64,000 bases of DNA from a virus. The DNA lies in IMG/VR virus record IMGVR_UViG_3300045988_154040. The stretch is one strand, 5' to 3'. This document shows positions 63,879 to 64,000 of this stretch, piece by piece. The notes below the pieces were generated by a model. The model ran no database searches, was not told the origin of the DNA, and worked only from the letters and a program-made list of their open reading frames with translations. How positions within the stretch are numbered: position 1 is the stretch's first letter; the number at the start of each line of letters is the position of its first letter. Both the position numbers and the translations under genes were made by a program.

Positions 63879-64000
63879 ATCAGTATTTATTTTTAATATT
63901 TTTAATTATTTTTCTCTTTTTCGGCTTTTACCTCATCTTCTGTTAATCTTATAAATCCCAAAGGTACTCTTGCGCCACTAGGCTTTTCTAAAGCTATCAT

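Noticed and set aside
1-64000. Lysogeny module (integrase, CI-like repressor, attP)
   Set aside because: None was recognised in this window. Lifestyle cannot be inferred from the sequence shown.

Overview
AT-rich (roughly two-thirds A+T by eye) segment of a tailed dsDNA phage or prophage. The host is probably a low-GC Firmicutes/Clostridia-like bacterium, because the endolysin carries choline-binding-type cell-wall repeats. Layout: (1) 0.1-15.2 kb holds minus-strand early genes: a phage sigma factor, many small Cys-rich or membrane proteins, an HPr-like protein, and ThyX-like plus dNMP-kinase-like genes. Several near-consensus sigma-A promoters with exact 17-bp spacers drive them. (2) 4.4-7.1 kb is a nearly gene-free gap containing a mirror-composition locus: a C-depleted G-rich arm and a G-depleted C-rich arm flank a 320-bp core. 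(3) 15.2-16.0 kb is an A/T-only quasi-palindromic divergent region. (4) 16.0-19.4 kb is a YonO-like single-subunit RNA polymerase gene, followed by two HU-like genes. (5) 21.4-57.2 kb is a plus-strand packaging/head/tail/lysis block: three-exon large terminase, portal, capsid, tail tube, 1509-aa tape measure, tail-fibre paralogs and endolysin. A MazF moron and an XhlA/holin pair are embedded in it. (6) 57.2-63.8 kb holds minus-strand nucleotide-metabolism genes (dUTPase, NrdG, NrdD). At least five group I introns interrupt three essential genes (RNAP x2, TerL x2, nrdD x1), each next to a catalytic or highly conserved motif. I recognised no tRNA, rRNA, CRISPR array or integrase. All calls rest on reading the sequence and on remembered family motifs; no searches were run.
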